Source: an uncultured Pseudomonadota bacterium (GTDB taxonomy: Bacteria; Pseudomonadota; Gammaproteobacteria; CAJXQU01). Taken from it: a stretch of DNA of 64,000 bases. The translations under genes and the position numbers were made by a program. Shown here piece by piece: positions 61,463 to 64,000 of the stretch. Where the stretch lies: the NCBI GenBank assembly GCA_913058255.1, contig CAJXQU010000012.1, positions 6,869-70,868 of the forward strand, in the 5' to 3' direction. Position 1 is the stretch's first letter, and every line of letters starts with the position of its first letter. The notes under the pieces are model-generated. The model made no database searches. It was not told the origin of the DNA and saw only the letters and a program-made list of their open reading frames with translations.

Positions 61463-63355
61463 ATGGCGTACGATTTTGGAACCAACACCTTAGGAATAAA
61501 AAACCCATTCAAACCAGAAGGTCTCGCAAAGTCTATCGCTGGTGTTGCCATTTGTATTTTAGGTGTGATAGCACTGACCAGCGTTTCTAAAGATTTAAAA
61601 GTTGACATGCTGAAGGGTTGGCTCGACGTGGCTTTAGGTCTCAGTTTATTAACATGGGGATTACGCCACCTAGGCTTTGGTTTATTCCAACTTTTCAAGT
61701 TTTTTGTTGGCCGCTCAGTTCCAACATCACTTGCCTACAACAAGAATGCCAGTGAAAAAGATAATGCAGAAAGTGAAAAAGACTTTACTGTTTATACCGC
61801 TCAAGAACTTGAGTCCATGTTAATGGGTAGAAAAAACTCAACTTTCATTGAGCCTGAGGGTTGGTTAGCGCGCTTGGTTCATTCATTTATCCCTAAACTT
61901 GTCACCATGCCCTACCCTATAAGAAACTTTGTTCAAGATTTAGCCGGCCTAATTTCGTCCACTTTGCTCGGTTTAATTGCCTTTGGAATTGCTTATTTTG
62001 TTTCCGTTTCAGGTTTGGTTGGTAGTGCCGGAACGCTAATCACTCCCGTGTTATCGATCTTGCTATTGATCTATTTAATATTTGAGTGGCGAACGACAGC
62101 AAAAGGATTGACCTTTGCTGATAACCGCAGTCTTCATCGCAAAGATGCCTCAGGTTTAGCTAAGCTTTTTTCATTCGCTATTATTGTCCCTGTCATCATA
62201 GGTTTTGTCTATTCAAAACTAAACACCAGCACTGCAAATAAACTCCATAGCTTTTTTGAAAACAATATGCTCTTTAGTGCATGGTTTAACCTTCTACTCT
62301 TACTGGCAATCAGCTTATGTGTAATCGCTCTTTGCTGGGTGATGATCCGAGAGCGCTTGAACTTGCTCGAACCAGAAACAGCCGTTAGTGAATACCGTGA
62401 AAATATGCAGGAATCTGTTCATCCAAATGAGATTTTCATTAACATTGAAAATATCGTTTTAGCCAATCGAAGGTATAAAGAAATACCGAACCGAAACTAT
62501 CTTGAGTTTGATCCTGTATTACAAGAACAAAGTGAGGGGAAAGGTAGTTTTAAAGGCCAGCTACTCATTGAAACACAACCCGAAGTTCTCGAGATAGAAT
62601 ATAGCCGCCTGTTTACACTATTCAGGCTCGCTTCAACCATTGTTTCTCAATCTCTAATTTTTATAGCAGCACTTTTATTTTTCTACTTTGTGAATGATGC
62701 CTATAGTTTATATCAAGCTTCTGGATCAAAGCTATTTCAAATCAATAATTTAAACTTGCAAAGTATCCTCTCAACATTTTCAAATTCAGGTCTAGCCTTT
62801 GCTGGCTTGCTAACCATATTCTTCAGCTGGCAAACCGTTGCAGCAGCAGGAAAAATTCTCGCTAGAGGCACTAATATATTTTGGTCAGAAATGTATTTCA
62901 ATAGCTTGTTACTCTGGATGAAAACCGAAGGAACATACACCGAAAGCAAGGTCTCCACCGGTATGTCAATCCACGATTCAACTCGTTCTGAAAACGTTGT
63001 CGTACGTAGCTCAATCACACCATGGATGATTAGCTCAAGAATCACTAGCTCCACTTTCGCCTTAAGTGGCACACAAAACCTTGAGATGCCTCGCTTCGTT
63101 ATGTCCATGTCAAAAAATGAAAATGAACTAAATACGATTATTTCAGAAATAAAGTCATTTTTAAGAAACCGTGAAGCCATCGCTTCGATCACTAATGAAA
63201 AAGACTTGAGCAATGCTGAAACAATCTATCAAGTCAATCAAACGAGTAGAGCACATATGATTCAGAATATTAATGTGGAACAAAGCTCGTTAGAGGAACA
63301 AGCCGCTGGAAAACTGAGACATGATCAAGACGCTAGTGATGATTTATTAGAATGA
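61463..63355 (+). CDS. Hypothetical large polytopic membrane protein (630 aa), no recognised family
   Basis: Long ORF with a good ribosome-binding site (AAGGAAG), at least 8 hydrophobic helices, and a Ser/Thr-rich soluble C-terminal part. Confidence 0.5.
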   Translation: MAYDFGTNTLGIKNPFKPEGLAKSIAGVAICILGVIALTSVSKDLKVDMLKGWLDVALGLSLLTWGLRHLGFGLFQLFKFFVGRSVPTSLAYNKNASEKDNAESEKDFTVYTAQELESMLMGRKNSTFIEPEGWLARLVHSFIPKLVTMPYPIRNFVQDLAGLISSTLLGLIAFGIAYFVSVSGLVGSAGTLITPVLSILLLIYLIFEWRTTAKGLTFADNRSLHRKDASGLAKLFSFAIIVPVIIGFVYSKLNTSTANKLHSFFENNMLFSAWFNLLLLLAISLCVIALCWVMIRERLNLLEPETAVSEYRENMQESVHPNEIFINIENIVLANRRYKEIPNRNYLEFDPVLQEQSEGKGSFKGQLLIETQPEVLEIEYSRLFTLFRLASTIVSQSLIFIAALLFFYFVNDAYSLYQASGSKLFQINNLNLQSILSTFSNSGLAFAGLLTIFFSWQTVAAAGKILARGTNIFWSEMYFNSLLLWMKTEGTYTESKVSTGMSIHDSTRSENVVVRSSITPWMISSRITSSTFALSGTQNLEMPRFVMSMSKNENELNTIISEIKSFLRNREAIASITNEKDLSNAETIYQVNQTSRAHMIQNINVEQSSLEEQAAGKLRHDQDASDDLLE

Positions 63356-63655
63356 ACAATTATCTAAGCTTGATCAAATAAAGCCGAATTCAGGTATAGA
63401 CAAACATAACGCCCTGACTTGTCTATAATGAACGAATAAACTATTTAGATCAGTGGTTGGATACCAAAAAATAATAATAAAATCTATAACCTGCTCCCGC
63501 TCTTTTTCAACTGAACAGGATAAAACGACTCGATAATATGTTTAAAGTTAGAGTCGATAAAACGGTTAGTGTTACGAATAACGGATGCTTATAAGCAGAA
63601 CACCACATTCACAAGAGAATGAAGAAAACTTCCTAAGGTTTGATAAAAAAATATC

Positions 63656-64000
63656 ATGACAAAGTCACTAAAAGCAGCACTATTATCAACATTTATTTAT
63701 CCAGGCAGTGGGCAGCTTTACTTAAAGCGTTATCCTATGGCTATTGTTTTCATGAGTATTGCCACAATCGCGGGCTATTTTATTATCAGCAGTATAACGA
63801 AGCAGGCATTTCAGATTGTCGAAAGAATACAAAGTGGAGAAATATCACCTGATATCACAACGATTATGAGCCTAGTGACAGAGCAGGCCAACACAGGGGA
63901 TAGCCAGCTCAGTAACGCGACTATCATTATCGTTCTCGTTTGGGTAGTTAGTATTGTTCATGCATATTTAATTGGAAGAGTTCAAGAAAAGCAGACTAAT
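63656..64000 (+). CDS. Hypothetical membrane protein, partial (continues beyond window end)
   Basis: ATG at 63656. MTKSLKAALLSTFIYPGSGQLYLKRYPMAIVFMSIATIAGYFII... is open to the window end. Not in the ORF track because no stop codon is reached. The 63640..63852 ORF in the track is a different, less plausible frame. Confidence 0.4.
   Translation, partial: MTKSLKAALLSTFIYPGSGQLYLKRYPMAIVFMSIATIAGYFIISSITKQAFQIVERIQSGEISPDITTIMSLVTEQANTGDSQLSNATIIIVLVWVVSIVHAYLIGRVQEKQTN

Noticed and set aside
1-64000. Search for tRNA, rRNA, tmRNA, 6S, RNase P, IS elements, integrases, CRISPR arrays and toxin-antitoxin pairs
   Set aside because: No cloverleaf-like or conserved ncRNA sequence was seen in the intergenic regions scanned by eye, and no transposase or integrase-like ORFs were found. 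The only structured RNA element recognised is the cobalamin riboswitch.

Overview
This 64 kb window reads as chromosomal DNA from an AT-rich (by eye) gammaproteobacterium, possibly a marine one; nearly all of it is core housekeeping genes. There are no rRNA or tRNA genes, CRISPR arrays, transposases or integrases.

Genes recognised, in order along the window:
- ygiQ, purL and acpH.
- An ovothiol-type pair: ovoA followed by a PLP-dependent enzyme that may be OvoB.
- The ABC-F ATPase yheS, a yciV/trpH-like PHP phosphoesterase and a TauE/SafE exporter.
- A secreted S8-subtilase-like protein with a VPLPA/PEP-CTERM sorting tail.
- recQ with a C-terminal HTH-like extension, and a group 2 truncated haemoglobin.
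- A cobalamin riboswitch controlling btuB.
- An AT-rich DUF2269-DUF4166-saccharopine-dehydrogenase-like operon.
- Long-form isocitrate lyase (aceA) with a divergent LysR regulator.
- clpS-clpA, and argE-argA joined by an 8-nt overlap.
- A YiaD-like OmpA lipoprotein, rnd and rluB.
- A short type I signal peptidase directly downstream of a Tat-signal HDAC-family hydrolase.
- aat-bpt-infA and an orphan low-molecular-weight tyrosine phosphatase.
- The operon comEC-exbB-exbD-lpxK-ycaR-kdsB, then a DUF2062 protein and a cytoplasmic hybrid sensor kinase (PAS-HisKA-HATPase-REC-REC-HPt).
- truA, fimV/hubP, usg and leuB, as arranged in Pseudomonas.
- An LldD-like FMN-dependent dehydrogenase and yeiH.
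- At the window end, two unrecognised membrane proteins.

No mobile element or defence system is visible. The most unusual parts are:
- the Tat-HDAC plus dedicated signal peptidase pair;
- the VPLPA-CTERM subtilase-like protein with an apparent Asp-to-Glu change in the catalytic triad;
- the ovoA/ovoB-like pair;
- two uncharacterised operons: 18852-20614, and the AT-rich DUF2269-DUF4166-SDH trio;
- a roughly 760 bp non-coding gap upstream of leuB;
- a large unrecognised polytopic membrane protein module at 61.4-64 kb.

All calls come from reading the translated ORFs and the DNA by eye; no database searches were run.
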